Source of the DNA: Caldilineaceae bacterium
Lineage (GTDB): Bacteria; Chloroflexota; Anaerolineae; Caldilineales; Caldilineaceae
Direction: 5' to 3'
NCBI GenBank assembly: GCA_041391225.1
Contig: JAWKOL010000024.1
Coordinates: forward strand, 38,947 to 102,946
Length of the DNA stretch: 64,000 bases
The notes under the pieces were generated by a model. It did no database searches. It saw only the letters and a list, made by a program, of their open reading frames with translations, and was not told the DNA's origin. The translations under genes and the position numbers were made by a program. Of the stretch, positions 54,078-64,000 are shown in pieces (within the stretch, counting starts at the first letter, position 1; every line of letters starts with the position of its first letter).

Positions 54078-56239
54078 CTACTTCACCCAAACAGGGTTCC
54101 AATCGTTGTAAGGAGAGTTGATCAAGAGGCTTGGGTTTGAACCGTCGGCGTCCATGATCCACAATTGTCGCCTGCCACTGTCTCGGTTCGACCAAAACAC
54201 GATCTTGGATCCATCCGGCGACCAGGTTGGATGTTTGTCCCATTCCCAGGTGTTCTGCGTAAGCCGCCTAAGCTCGCTGCCGTCGGGCCGAGCGACGTAG
54301 ATCTCGTCGTTGCCGGTTTCCACCGAGACGAAGGCGATGAGGTCACCGTTCGGCGACCAGACAGGATCATAGCTCTGCGCCTGCCAGGCCGTGATCTGCG
54401 CCCGATCCACGTTGTACTGGCTATCGAAGACGTAGATCTGCGGGATGCGTTGCAGATCGTTGCGCACTTGCAGGCTTACCCACGGCTCCAGCGGCGAAAA
54501 GTCGCCTTGGGCTTCGGCGAGGGCAAAGGGCCAGTTTTCCGTCACCAGGGCGATGCGCTGTGTGGCTGGGTCCAGTGCATAGAGCCGATCTGCGCCGTTG
54601 CGGTCACTCCAGAAGAGGATCTTGCCGTAAAGCTCCGCTGGGATCGTGTTGGGCGCCGGTGTTGGTGTGGGTTGCACAGTCGGCGTGATCTGATCCAGGT
54701 AGACGAGCAATGGCCCGCGGATGTCGGGATTGGGCGTCGATGTTGGCACCACAACCGTTGCATTGGGGGGCAGCGGCGTCGCCGTGCCGGTGGTCTGCGC
54801 TTCGGCTGTGGCCAGCACAACTTGATAGTAGGCGGTAGCCGCGGTCTGCGGTGTTTCGGTGGCGGCGATGAGCAGCGGCGTTGGGGTCAGGGTCGCCATC
54901 ACCGCATTGTAGGGCAGCGCAGTGGGTGTACCCAGCGCGCTGACCGCGGTAGCCGTGGCGAATTGAGCCACAGCAGTAAGGGCGTTCTCAGGCTGTGGCG
55001 TAGGCTGAATGATGATCGGCGTTACCGCGTCCGGCGGCACAGGCGTGAAGGTGCCGGTGGTCATGGCGACAGCGGTGGCGTAGAGTTCCCGCGCGGTGAC
55101 GGTGGCGGCGTTGCCCGGAACCGGTGTGGATTCCACCACAGCGGGCAGCCCCATGAGGTAGGCGGCAGCCTGTGCGGTTGCCACGTTGGCCGCCGGGGGC
55201 GTCGGCGTGATCCGCGCACAACCTCTTGCGGGTTAATCGCAGCCACAATCGCCTCTTTGGTGACGCTCTGGGCATTGGCGGCAACCGTCAGGATATTGGC
55301 CGGTGTCGGGGTGGCGGTGGCCACCACAAACCGAGGTGTGGGCAGCGGGGGCGGGGTGGCTGGAGCAGCCCCCATGCCCAGCCGCAATACCGGCGGCGTG
55401 CCACCGGAGACGGCGCCGTTGCCGCTATCCCACGAGTAGAGCGAAGCGTCGCCGCTGGTGGGTCCTGTCAAGCGCACGAGGATCGACGTCTTCCCCGCGA
55501 TAAGCTGATCCGCGATCCAGGCGCGCTCGGTTGGGCCAAGCTGCCACTCGTTGCGGATGCCCGCGCCGAGATCCTGCTTTCGCAACGTGGGCAACAGCGA
55601 AATCGCAGCCGGGAAGTTGAAGACTGTCTGGAAATCCAGACGCACAAAGCTGTCGCCATTGTCGGCGAGCAACTGCGCCGACCAGATGCCGTCTTCTGTA
55701 TCCGAAAGGCGGTCGGCGCGCAGGCCGGAAATTTGCAGGCTCACGTCAAACAGTTCGGCGCCACGCGGCACCGCGGACAGATCGAAGCGGATCAACGAAA
55801 CAAATGCTTGATCCTCGAAGTAGCCGGCATGAAGAAAGGAATCGCCGACGGATCGGTTTTCGCTGCCACTGGCGAACCAGGCCACACTCTGTACGTCCGG
55901 TGAAACAGACACCTCTGTGCCGTCGCCGGAAGATGCGGGCGGCGCCGAGGTGGTGGGGGTGGCCTGAGCGGGCGGCATCGCGACGGGCGACTGGGTGTCG
56001 GCAGCTTCGGGCAGAAGCACAACATCGCCGCCATTGGCGCCTACTGGATTGGATGCGATTTGCGCCGACGGATCTTCGCCGGAAGCAGCGATCACCGCAG
56101 TTGGCACAGCGGCCCGATTGCTGACCCGAGACTGTAGTAACTGATTACCAAAGAAGATGATCACCCCCCAAAGGGCAACCAATCCGATGGCGGCCAGAAT
56201 TCGCCCGGTGAACTTGCCTGTTAAGAATTTGCCTCGCAT
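54078..56239 (-). pseudogene. membrane-anchored protein with Pro/Thr-rich linkers and a C-terminal TolB-like PD40 beta-propeller, one frame break at 55212-55213
   Basis: Met at 56239 after GGAAGGAAG. TM ILAAIGLVALWGVIIFF. PD40 repeats WSPNGDLIAFVS, WSPDGSKIVFWSNRDSGRRQLWIMDADGSN. Confidence 0.8.
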
Positions 56240-56333
56240 AACTTCCTTCCAATATAGATCACCACTATACCCCCACACACATCATAACCACTTCGATCAA
56301 ACGATTCAATAGATCAACTATTGATTGATAGAT

Positions 56334-56432
56334 AATTCTAATGGATACCTCGCGCGATTCTCGCATAAGCCAGTTTTATCCTGCCCATTTCTCTTTGATA
56401 TGCAATTCTAATCTACCCCTTATGCGATTCTC
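56334..56432. promoter_or_regulatory. two copies of a bipartite direct repeat AATTCTAAT-N11-GCGATTCTC spaced exactly 70 bp apart
   Basis: 56334-56362 and 56404-56432. All 18 specified positions are identical. Lies in the divergent region between the PD40 gene and the glycan operon. Confidence 0.7.
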
Positions 56433-56467
56433 CGCGGCGCTGATTATTCTGAGTCCAGATCACTTTC

Positions 56468-57346
56468 GTGGCACAAAAATCAGTCAAATCGCAGAAGACA
56501 GTAAGCAAAAGGCTCATGGTCAGCAATCAATCAGCTCCCCAATCTACAGCGCCGGTCTCATCCGAAGCGGCCTTCGTCGAGCGTAAGCTAGGCAGCGCGT
56601 CTTCGTCGGTGGGCAAGCCTGGTGGGGCGTTGCGGCTTTACATTGAACGTCAGGCCAGCAGCCCTTGGCGCTACGTGCTCGAACAGGCTTTCTTCGCCGC
56701 GGCTGGTTGGGTGCCCACAGTGATCGGCGTGGGCCTGCGTGGTGTGCTCTATCGGGCGCTGATGCAGATGGACGGCATCGCTGCCATCGAAAACGGCGTG
56801 CGCATCCGCTTCGCCGATCAGATCCACCTGGGCAAGAACGTCTATCTGGATCAGGGAACGTATTTGCATGCCTGCCCGGCCGGCATTCACATCGGCGACA
56901 ACACATTTGTGATGCACGGCTCGATTTTGCACGTCTACAACTTCCGCGATCTGCCGCACGCATTCATTCGTATCGGTCGCGATTCGTTGATCGGCGAGAT
57001 GAATGTGTTGCGCGGGCAGGGCGGCATCACCATCGGAGATCGGGTGTACACAGCGCCGCAGGTACAGATGTTGGCGGTGAACCACATCTTCGACGATCCG
57101 ACACGCCCCATGATCGAGCAGGGCATCACGGCGCAGGGCATCACGGTAGAGGACGACTGTTGGATAGGCGCCGGCGCCATCATCACCGACGGCGTCACCG
57201 TAGGCCGAGGATCGGTTGTAGCAGCAGGTGCAGTCGTCACCAAAGACGTGGCGCCGCACAGTGTGGTCGGCGGTGTGCCGGCGAGGTTGATCAAGCAGAT
57301 AGAACCAGGGCAATCCCGCCCGAACAATGTTGTCGTGCATTACTAG
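56468..57346 (+). CDS. hexapeptide-repeat acyltransferase (WcaF/colanic-acid-acetyltransferase-like) with an N-terminal hydrophobic segment
   Basis: Left-handed beta-helix repeats [28 protein letters not shown] and GGVPARLIK. The start could be the ATG at 56516. Confidence 0.75.
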   Translation: MAQKSVKSQKTVSKRLMVSNQSAPQSTAPVSSEAAFVERKLGSASSSVGKPGGALRLYIERQASSPWRYVLEQAFFAAAGWVPTVIGVGLRGVLYRALMQMDGIAAIENGVRIRFADQIHLGKNVYLDQGTYLHACPAGIHIGDNTFVMHGSILHVYNFRDLPHAFIRIGRDSLIGEMNVLRGQGGITIGDRVYTAPQVQMLAVNHIFDDPTRPMIEQGITAQGITVEDDCWIGAGAIITDGVTVGRGSVVAAGAVVTKDVAPHSVVGGVPARLIKQIEPGQSRPNNVVVHY

Positions 57347-57403
57347 CCCACAGGTACCCAAACGGGCGGTACGCACTAGTCGAAGAAACGCAGGAGAATC
57401 CCA

Positions 57404-58691
57404 ATGGCGACACTTTCCGTAGTAATCCCAGCCCTCAACGAAGAAGATGGGATCGAAGAAGTTGTGAACCGAGTCCTTTCAGCACGCGAAGGGCTGGCAG
57501 CAGAAGGCATCGACGGACTGGAACTCATCGTTGTTGACGACGGTTCCACCGACCGCACCCCGCAGATCCTCGGCGCCATCGAGGATGTCCGCCTGATCCG
57601 CCATCCGGTGAATCGTGGTTACGGCGCCGCCCTGAAGACGGGCTTCGCAGCGGCCACAGGTGAGTGGATCGGCTTCCTCGACGCCGACGGCACCTATCCG
57701 CCGGAGCATTTCCCCAAGCTCTGCCGCGCCGCGGTGGACCAGAACGCCGACATCATCATCGGCTCGCGCATGGCCGGCTCCGACAGCCAGATGCCCCTGG
57801 TGCGACGCATCGGCAACACCATCTTTGCCAACCTGGTCAGCTTAATCAGCGCCGCCCGCATCACCGATTCGGCCAGCGGCATGCGTGTCTTCAAGAAGTC
57901 GATCCTCGAGCGCATCTACCCGTTGCCCGACGGCCTGAACCTGACGCCGGTGATGAGCACCCGCGCCCTGCACGAAGACCTGCGCATGTTCGAGGTGCCC
58001 ATTCCCTACAGCGAACGCCTCGGTCGCTCCAAGCTGAGTGTGGTCCGCGACGGCACCCGATTCGCCCAGTCGATTGTGTGGACGGCGCTGAGCTACAACC
58101 CCGGTCGCATTTTGGGCATGTTCGGGCTGGCGGCGCTGGTGTTGGCCGCCGTCATCGGCCTGGGGCTGGTGGGTATACGCCTTTCCGGCGTCACGCAGGT
58201 CTCTTCGGTGGGGCGTTTACGCTCTACTCGGCGCTGGTGCTCTCGGTGGCCGGGATCAGCATTCTGGCGCTGGGGATTAGTTTCAACTACTTCGTGGCGC
58301 TCTTCTACAAAGAGCCGATCCGCCAGGGCCTGTGGGGCCGCCCGCAGACGAGGAACCGGCTGGATCGCCACTTTGGCTGGGTAGGATTGCTGGCCTTGGC
58401 CGCCGGTATCGTCATCGGCGCCGTGAGCCTGGCCCTCGGTTTCGGCGGCATGACGCTGGCCCAGCTTTGGATCTACTTCCTGGGCAGCGCGTGCTGACGC
58501 TGGTCGGCATTCAGTTGTTGATCGCCTGGGTGCAGATGCAGGTTTTGGTTGCATTGAACGAACGTGAATCTCTGATCGCCGACGATATGAGTCGCAACGG
58601 CGTTGAAGCGCCCGCTACCCGCCGCAGCAGCGGGGCCATCGTGTCGGCAACGGAAGTTGTACCGGTAAAGGAAGGGTTTGTCCATGGCTGA
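57404..58691 (+). pseudogene. GT2 polyprenol-phosphate glycosyltransferase (DPM1/ArnC-like) with a C-terminal TM region, two frame breaks near 58200 and 58490
   Basis: AGGAG then [44 protein letters not shown]. The TM tail continues in ORFs 57664..58497 and 58332..58691. Confidence 0.8.
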
Positions 58692-60342
58692 TGTTGAAGA
58701 AGTGACGCTGGAGTTGAAGGAAAATCTCGGAACACGGCGGGTGCCGAAGCTGCGCGACACCAAGTTCCCCGACGCAGGCGCTGCGGTGCGTCATCTCACC
58801 CACCGTCGCCCCGAAGGCGCAGTGGACGTGATGCTGGTCAACCCACCGTCGCCCGATGGCGGCATCTGGATCCGCACGCAGCATCGTGTTGGGCGGCGTA
58901 GCCGCGAAGAGATGGTGTGGCCTCAGGTTTCGTTGGCGCAGTTGGCCGCCATGTTGCAGCCGGATTACACCGTCCACATCGTCGACGCCATCGCCGAGAT
59001 GATGACGTGGGACGAGTTCGAGAAGATCCTGCGCGAGAAAGCGCCCAAGTACTACATCACCCAGGTCACCGCGCCTACGTTGACCAACGACATGTACGGC
59101 GCCATGCTGGCTCGGGCGTTGGGCGCCAAGACAATGGCGTTCGGCACCCACGTGACGCCGATGCCTATGGAGACGATGCGCGACTTCCCGGCGCTGGACT
59201 ATGTGTTGCGCGGCGAGCCGGAGTTGACCTTCCGCGAGTTGATCGACGTGCTCGAAGGCCGCCAGCAAATGCGGCCCGAGTGGGTGAACGAAATGCTCAC
59301 CAAGACCGATCCGCTGTGGCAACCGTCGCCCGATCCGTCCACGGCCAACGGCACGGGCCTCGACATGTCCAATGTCAAGGGGCTGGTTTGGCGCCGCGAC
59401 GGCGAGATTGTGATCAACACGGATCGTCCCTTCATCCCGGATCTGGACGATCTGCCCATGCCGCTGCACCACCTGCTGCCGTTGGACAAGTACCGAATGC
59501 CGCTGATGAAGGGGCCATTCAGTTTCATGCTCACCAGCCGCGGTTGCCCGGCGGGCTGCAAGTACTGCATCAAGCATGTGTCGTACCAATACTCGGTGCG
59601 CCTGCATTCGCCCGAGCGCATCCTCGAAGAGATGAAACTCTTCGCCAGCCTGGGCATCCACAACATCCACATGTACGCGGATCTCTTCACCGTGAACCGC
59701 GATCAGGTGATCGCCATGTGCGACGCCATCATCGAAGACGGCATCAAGGTCAAGTGGACGTGCAACAGCCGCGTTGACTTTGTGGACGAAGAGATGCTGC
59801 AGAAGATGGCGCAGGCCGGCTGCTGGATGATCAGTTGGGGCCTCGAAAGCGGCAATGAGCTGATCCTGAAACGCGCCGCCAAGGGCGCCGATCCCAAGAA
59901 GGCGCAGCGGGCGCTGGGCTGGGCGCGCAAGGCCGGCATCAAGAACTGGGGATACTTCATCATCGGCCTGCCCGGTGAAACCGAAGAGACCATCCGCCAG
60001 ACCATCGAGTTCTCCAAGACGCTGCCGCTGGAGATTGCGCTCTTCCACATTGCGGCGCCGTACCCCGGCACCCCCTTCTTCTTCGAGGTGGTGAAGAACA
60101 AGTGGTTCCGCGAAGGCACCCGCTGGGAAGAAGTGGACATGGACAAGGGTACCGTCCTGCAATACGACAACCTATCTGCCGAAGATCTGATGTACTGGCA
60201 GAAACGGGCGTTCCGCGAGTGGGCCTTCCGCCCCGGCCCCGTAGTGACCTATCTCAAGATGCTGGCCACCGATCTGCACACATTCAAACGTGCTGTACGT
60301 GTTGGGCTTGAGCACTTCGGTTGGGCACTGGGTAAATCGTAG
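58684..60342 (+). CDS. B12-binding-domain radical SAM protein
   Basis: Intact ORF. N-terminal Rossmann-like VMLVNPP...IVDA. CxxxCxxC as SRGCPAGCKYC. Start overlaps the GT2 stop by 8 nt. Confidence 0.85.
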   Translation: MADVEEVTLELKENLGTRRVPKLRDTKFPDAGAAVRHLTHRRPEGAVDVMLVNPPSPDGGIWIRTQHRVGRRSREEMVWPQVSLAQLAAMLQPDYTVHIVDAIAEMMTWDEFEKILREKAPKYYITQVTAPTLTNDMYGAMLARALGAKTMAFGTHVTPMPMETMRDFPALDYVLRGEPELTFRELIDVLEGRQQMRPEWVNEMLTKTDPLWQPSPDPSTANGTGLDMSNVKGLVWRRDGEIVINTDRPFIPDLDDLPMPLHHLLPLDKYRMPLMKGPFSFMLTSRGCPAGCKYCIKHVSYQYSVRLHSPERILEEMKLFASLGIHNIHMYADLFTVNRDQVIAMCDAIIEDGIKVKWTCNSRVDFVDEEMLQKMAQAGCWMISWGLESGNELILKRAAKGADPKKAQRALGWARKAGIKNWGYFIIGLPGETEETIRQTIEFSKTLPLEIALFHIAAPYPGTPFFFEVVKNKWFREGTRWEEVDMDKGTVLQYDNLSAEDLMYWQKRAFREWAFRPGPVVTYLKMLATDLHTFKRAVRVGLEHFGWALGKS

Positions 60343-60355
60343 CAACACAATCGAA

Positions 60356-60407
60356 TTCTGCCCTGAAACGCAGACCGACAACCGTCCCTTGTGATTTCAG
60401 GGCAGAA
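60356..60407 (+). other. stem-loop between the radical SAM and phosphodiesterase genes
   Basis: Perfect 13-nt arms TTCTGCCCTGAAA / TTTCAGGGCAGAA with a 26-nt loop. Confidence 0.7.
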
Positions 60408-60432
60408 ACAAAGGTCAACGCAGACATACATC

Positions 60433-62001
60433 ATGCTTAAGTTTCTAAAGAAGAGACGCCCAAGGCTGCTGGTACTCGGATTGGATGGCTTCGCGCCGGA
60501 GTTGGTCTTTTCGCAATGGCGCAGCCACCTACCCACATTTGATCGATTGCTCAGCGAAGGTGCTTTCGGCACATTGCAGAGCAGCGTTCCCTGTGTGTCC
60601 ATACCGGCGTGGAACGTGATCACATCCGGCAAAGATCCTGGCACCATCGGCATCTACGGTATCGAAAACCGGCGACAGGGATCGTACGACGACGTGAAAA
60701 CGGCCTTTGGCAGCGCCACCCGCGAACCCGCTGTGTGGGAGATCCTGGGCGAAGCGGGCAAACGTGTGGTGACGATGGGTGTCCCCGGCACCTACCCGCC
60801 GCGGCAGGTCAACGGTGTGCAGATCAGTTGTCACCTGACACCGCAGACCACCGTCATCGGCAAAGACGGGCGGCGGCGGGCGGCAGAGTTCACCTATCCT
60901 GGCGCGCTGGGCGATCAGATCAACCAGTGGGCCGGTGGTGAATACATGGTCGACGTGGCAGCAGCACCCACCCACGATCTCGAAGATCAGATCCACGACA
61001 TCTACCGCATGAGTGATCTGCATTTCAACGTGATGCGCAAGCTGTTGGCGCAGCAGATGTGGGATTTCTTCATCTCGGTGGAAGTGGGGGCGTCGCGCCT
61101 GCAACAGCGTTTCTGGCAGGCAGTGGACGGTAGTTGCGACGACGATTCGCTGCAATGTCGGGTTCGCGACTACTACCAGTATATCGATGGCAAGATCGCG
61201 CAGTTGATGGAGCAGATGGACGCCGACACAGCGTTGATGATCGTTTCGGATCATGGCATTCAACGCACCGCGGGCAGTATTTCCGTCAACGACTGGTTGA
61301 TCGACGAAGAATGGCTCACAGTCGACACACCTTTGGAAGGCGTCCAGCCCTTCAACGCACAGACTGTGGATTGGGCGAATACGTTGGCGTGGGCCGAGGG
61401 CGGCGAGTTCACCCGTTTCTTCTTGAACGTCGAAGACCGGGAGGCGCAGGGCGTGATTCCCTGGTCGCGCTACCTCCAGATGCGCGACGAGCTTGTGGCC
61501 CGCATCGAAGATGTGCGCGGCCCCAACGGTGAACGGCTGAACACGCAGATCTTCAAGCCCGAAGAGACCTATCGTCATCTCCACGGCGTGGTCCCCGATC
61601 TCATCGTCTACTGGGACAACCTGCGCTGGCGTTCGGTGAATGACCTGGGTCACCCGTCCATCTGGATCAGCGAAGGCGCCGACACCGCAGCGCCTACGCC
61701 GAACGGCATGTATGTCTACTGGCACCCGAAGCAGAAGTACGACGGCCATGAACTCGTGGGGTGGGAGATCATGGACGTGGCGCCGACGATTCTCAATTAC
61801 TTCCAGGTGCCGATCCCGATTGAAATGCAAGGACGCAGCATCCCGCTTTCGACGAGCGTCAACGGCGCAGGCAAAACGCCACCGCCGCCGGTTGTACCTG
61901 AGCGCCGCCCCAAGACGACGGCCAGGTTGCCCGTGCGCAAAACACGCCGCCGTCGAACGAAGCTGACCACACTGCAACCACAGCAGGCAATGAACAACTA
62001 A
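60433..62001 (+). CDS. alkaline-phosphatase-superfamily protein (type I phosphodiesterase / nucleotide pyrophosphatase family)
   Basis: ATG at 60433. LVLGLDGFAPEL, SSVPCVSIPAWNVITSGKDPGTIGIYG, IVSDHG. Basic Pro-rich tail. Confidence 0.75.
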   Translation: MLKFLKKRRPRLLVLGLDGFAPELVFSQWRSHLPTFDRLLSEGAFGTLQSSVPCVSIPAWNVITSGKDPGTIGIYGIENRRQGSYDDVKTAFGSATREPAVWEILGEAGKRVVTMGVPGTYPPRQVNGVQISCHLTPQTTVIGKDGRRRAAEFTYPGALGDQINQWAGGEYMVDVAAAPTHDLEDQIHDIYRMSDLHFNVMRKLLAQQMWDFFISVEVGASRLQQRFWQAVDGSCDDDSLQCRVRDYYQYIDGKIAQLMEQMDADTALMIVSDHGIQRTAGSISVNDWLIDEEWLTVDTPLEGVQPFNAQTVDWANTLAWAEGGEFTRFFLNVEDREAQGVIPWSRYLQMRDELVARIEDVRGPNGERLNTQIFKPEETYRHLHGVVPDLIVYWDNLRWRSVNDLGHPSIWISEGADTAAPTPNGMYVYWHPKQKYDGHELVGWEIMDVAPTILNYFQVPIPIEMQGRSIPLSTSVNGAGKTPPPPVVPERRPKTTARLPVRKTRRRRTKLTTLQPQQAMNN

Positions 62002-62014
62002 GAAGAAAATCTCG

Positions 62015-62641
62015 ATGACGGAGCAACTGGCGATGACACAGACGAATGGCATTCAAACCGAACAGCCGAAGCGCGCCGCAACGGTTCATCCCAGCGCCGA
62101 AGTCGCCGACAGCGTGCAACTCGGCGCAGGCACCCGCATCTGGCACCAGGTACAGATCCGCGAGCGGGTGCAGATCGGCAGCGATTGCATCGTGGGCAAG
62201 AACGTCTACATCGACAGCGGCGTCGTCGTGGGCAACAACGTCAAAATTCAGAACAACGCCCTGCTCTACCACGGCGCCACCATCGAAGACGGCGTCTTCA
62301 TCGGGCCGCAGGTCTGCCTCACCAACGACCGCATCCCGCGTGCGATTACACCCGATGGTCAGCTCAAAACAGACGACGACTGGGTGGTGGGCGAGACGAA
62401 GATTCGCTACGGCGCATCTCTGGGCGCGGGCAGTGTGATTTTACCTGGCATTTCGATTGGCCGCTTTGCAATGGTCGCCGCCGGCGCGGTGGTGACCCAC
62501 GATGTCCCCGATTACGGGCTGGTGGTTGGTGTACCGGCGCGGCGGATCGGCTACGTGTGCGCCTGCGGCGAAAAGCTTCAGCCCGGCGAATCCGGCTGGT
62601 ACTGTGCAACCTGTGATCAGGTCTACCAAATCGAGGAGTAA
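62015..62641 (+). CDS. hexapeptide-repeat sugar N-acetyltransferase (WbpD/PglD-like)
   Basis: VHPSAEV..VQLGAGTRIWHQVQI..IGSDCIVGKNVYI and GVPARRIGYVC. Confidence 0.75.
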   Translation: MTEQLAMTQTNGIQTEQPKRAATVHPSAEVADSVQLGAGTRIWHQVQIRERVQIGSDCIVGKNVYIDSGVVVGNNVKIQNNALLYHGATIEDGVFIGPQVCLTNDRIPRAITPDGQLKTDDDWVVGETKIRYGASLGAGSVILPGISIGRFAMVAAGAVVTHDVPDYGLVVGVPARRIGYVCACGEKLQPGESGWYCATCDQVYQIEE

Positions 62642-62643
62642 TC

Positions 62644-63729
62644 ATGATCCCCATTTCGTCACCGTACATTGGAGAAGAAGAAAAAGCCGCCGTCCTCGAG
62701 GTGCTTGCCTCGGGTCAGCTTGCGCAAGGGCCGAAGGTCCACGCGTTCGAGGAAGCATTCGCAGCCTGGAGTGGCGCCAAGTATGCCGTGGCCACCACAT
62801 CGGGGACCAGCGCCCTGCACGTCGCACTGGCCGCTCACGGCATCGGCCCCGGCGACGAGGTGATCACCGTCGCGCATACGTTTATCGCCACCGCCGAAGC
62901 CATTTCTGCCGTGGGCGCCACCCCTGTCTTCGTGGACATTGATCCCGGCACCTATAACATGTCGGGCGGCGCGTTGGTGCAGGCGTTCACGCCGCGGACG
63001 CGCGCTGTCATGCCGGTACACATCTACGGCCAGCCCACAGATATGACCACCATCAACGCCATTGCCGCCGATCACGGCGTCCCCGTTATCGAAGACGCCG
63101 CCCAGGCGCACGGCGCCACCTGGTCGGGTATCAAGGCCGGTGGGTTGGGCGTGGCTGCCTGTTTTAGTTTCTACCCCGGCAAGAACCTGGGCGCCTACGG
63201 CGATGCCGGCGCTGTCACCACCAACGACGCCGCCCTCGCCGAAAAGGTGCGTCTCCTGCGCAACCATGGCCGCCATGACAAGTACCTACACGAGATCAAG
63301 GGCTACGGCGAACGCATCGATGCCTTGCAGGCCGCCGTCCTCGGCGCCAAACTGCCCCACCTCGCCCAGTGGACGCAAGCGCGCCGCCGACTGGCCGCCC
63401 GCTATTCCGAACTGCTGCAAGATATGGAGATCATGCTGCCCCACGTCGATCCACAGGCTGATCCGGCATGGCATCTCTACGTGATCCGCACCTCGCGTCG
63501 CGATGAGATGCTCGATTATCTCAAAAAACAGGGCATCGGCGCTGGCATCCACTACCCGGTTCCCCTGCACTTGCAGCCTGCCTACGCCGACCTTGGCTAT
63601 CGGCACGGCAGTTTGCCCGTCACCGAAGCGGTGGCGCGCAGTTGCCTGAGCCTGCCCCTCTACCCCGAAATGACCGGCGAACAACAGGATCGCGTTGTGG
63701 CCGCGGTGCGCTCGTTTTTGGAGATGTGA
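62644..63729 (+). CDS. DegT/DnrJ/EryC1/StrS-family sugar aminotransferase
   Basis: Intact 361-aa [41 protein letters not shown] (PLP Lys). Confidence 0.9.
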   Translation: MIPISSPYIGEEEKAAVLEVLASGQLAQGPKVHAFEEAFAAWSGAKYAVATTSGTSALHVALAAHGIGPGDEVITVAHTFIATAEAISAVGATPVFVDIDPGTYNMSGGALVQAFTPRTRAVMPVHIYGQPTDMTTINAIAADHGVPVIEDAAQAHGATWSGIKAGGLGVAACFSFYPGKNLGAYGDAGAVTTNDAALAEKVRLLRNHGRHDKYLHEIKGYGERIDALQAAVLGAKLPHLAQWTQARRRLAARYSELLQDMEIMLPHVDPQADPAWHLYVIRTSRRDEMLDYLKKQGIGAGIHYPVPLHLQPAYADLGYRHGSLPVTEAVARSCLSLPLYPEMTGEQQDRVVAAVRSFLEM

Positions 63730-63731
63730 GC

Positions 63732-64000
63732 ATGGCAAGTGGCACAGCGGTAGCCGTGGGGCGTGTTTTGGCTGATCCAGTGACGAATCCATCTGCACAG
63801 GATGAGACTGTCTACATCTCCGTGGTGGTGCCGGCGCGCAACGAGGAATCCACCATCGACGCCGTGGTGCGCCGATCTTTCGCCGCATTCAACGAACTGG
63901 GGCGTCGCGGCGAAGTGCTGGTGGTCAACGACGGCTCCACCGACGGCACAGGACGCGTGCTGGCGGCGCTGCAACAGGAATTTGCAGGCGTCATCGTCTT
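63732..64000 (+). CDS. GT2 glycosyltransferase, 5' part only (runs off the window)
   Basis: ATG at 63732. [11 protein letters not shown] and [11 protein letters not shown]. Confidence 0.7.
   Translation, partial: MASGTAVAVGRVLADPVTNPSAQDETVYISVVVPARNEESTIDAVVRRSFAAFNELGRRGEVLVVNDGSTDGTGRVLAALQQEFAGVIV

Noticed and set aside
56341-56586. 81-aa ORF in the divergent region upstream of the glycan operon.
   Set aside because: It has AT-rich, low-complexity sequence and no SD, and it overlaps the bipartite regulatory repeats. It is likely non-coding.

Overview
GC-rich bacterial chromosomal segment. Gene content and repeat style fit a filamentous Chloroflexota-like organism, but that is a low-confidence guess. 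I count about 50 protein genes:
- an otsA-otsB fusion, hemL and an orphan MCP;
- a DeoR-linked sugar locus with three cupin-type sugar-phosphate isomerases, a BadF-type kinase, an ABC importer and two paralogous ~740-aa putative glycosidases;
- two caspase-family proteases, cmk and a sulfatase operon;
- a Cache-HAMP-GAF/NarL two-component pair, ilvB-ilvN-ilvC-leuA, glnS and a hybrid kinase;
- a glycan-biosynthesis operon containing a B12-type radical SAM enzyme.

I saw no rRNA, tRNA, CRISPR array, transposase or prophage.

Two sequence-level phenomena dominate the window. First, roughly 60 single-base indels break about 25 otherwise well-conserved genes. Most breaks I resolved by hand fit a homopolymer length change, so sequencing error is more likely than gene decay. 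Second, nearly every intergenic region carries short tandem heptamer or octamer arrays, often as inverted pairs nested around REP-like hairpins. One hairpin family shows three fully compensatory stem changes.

The best candidate for an undescribed system is a tightly packed metacaspase / DUF362 / creatininase-fold hydrolase / GNAT cassette (49784-53031). It sits behind a 640-bp repeat-laden non-coding region. All functional calls come from motif recognition by eye; no database search was run.
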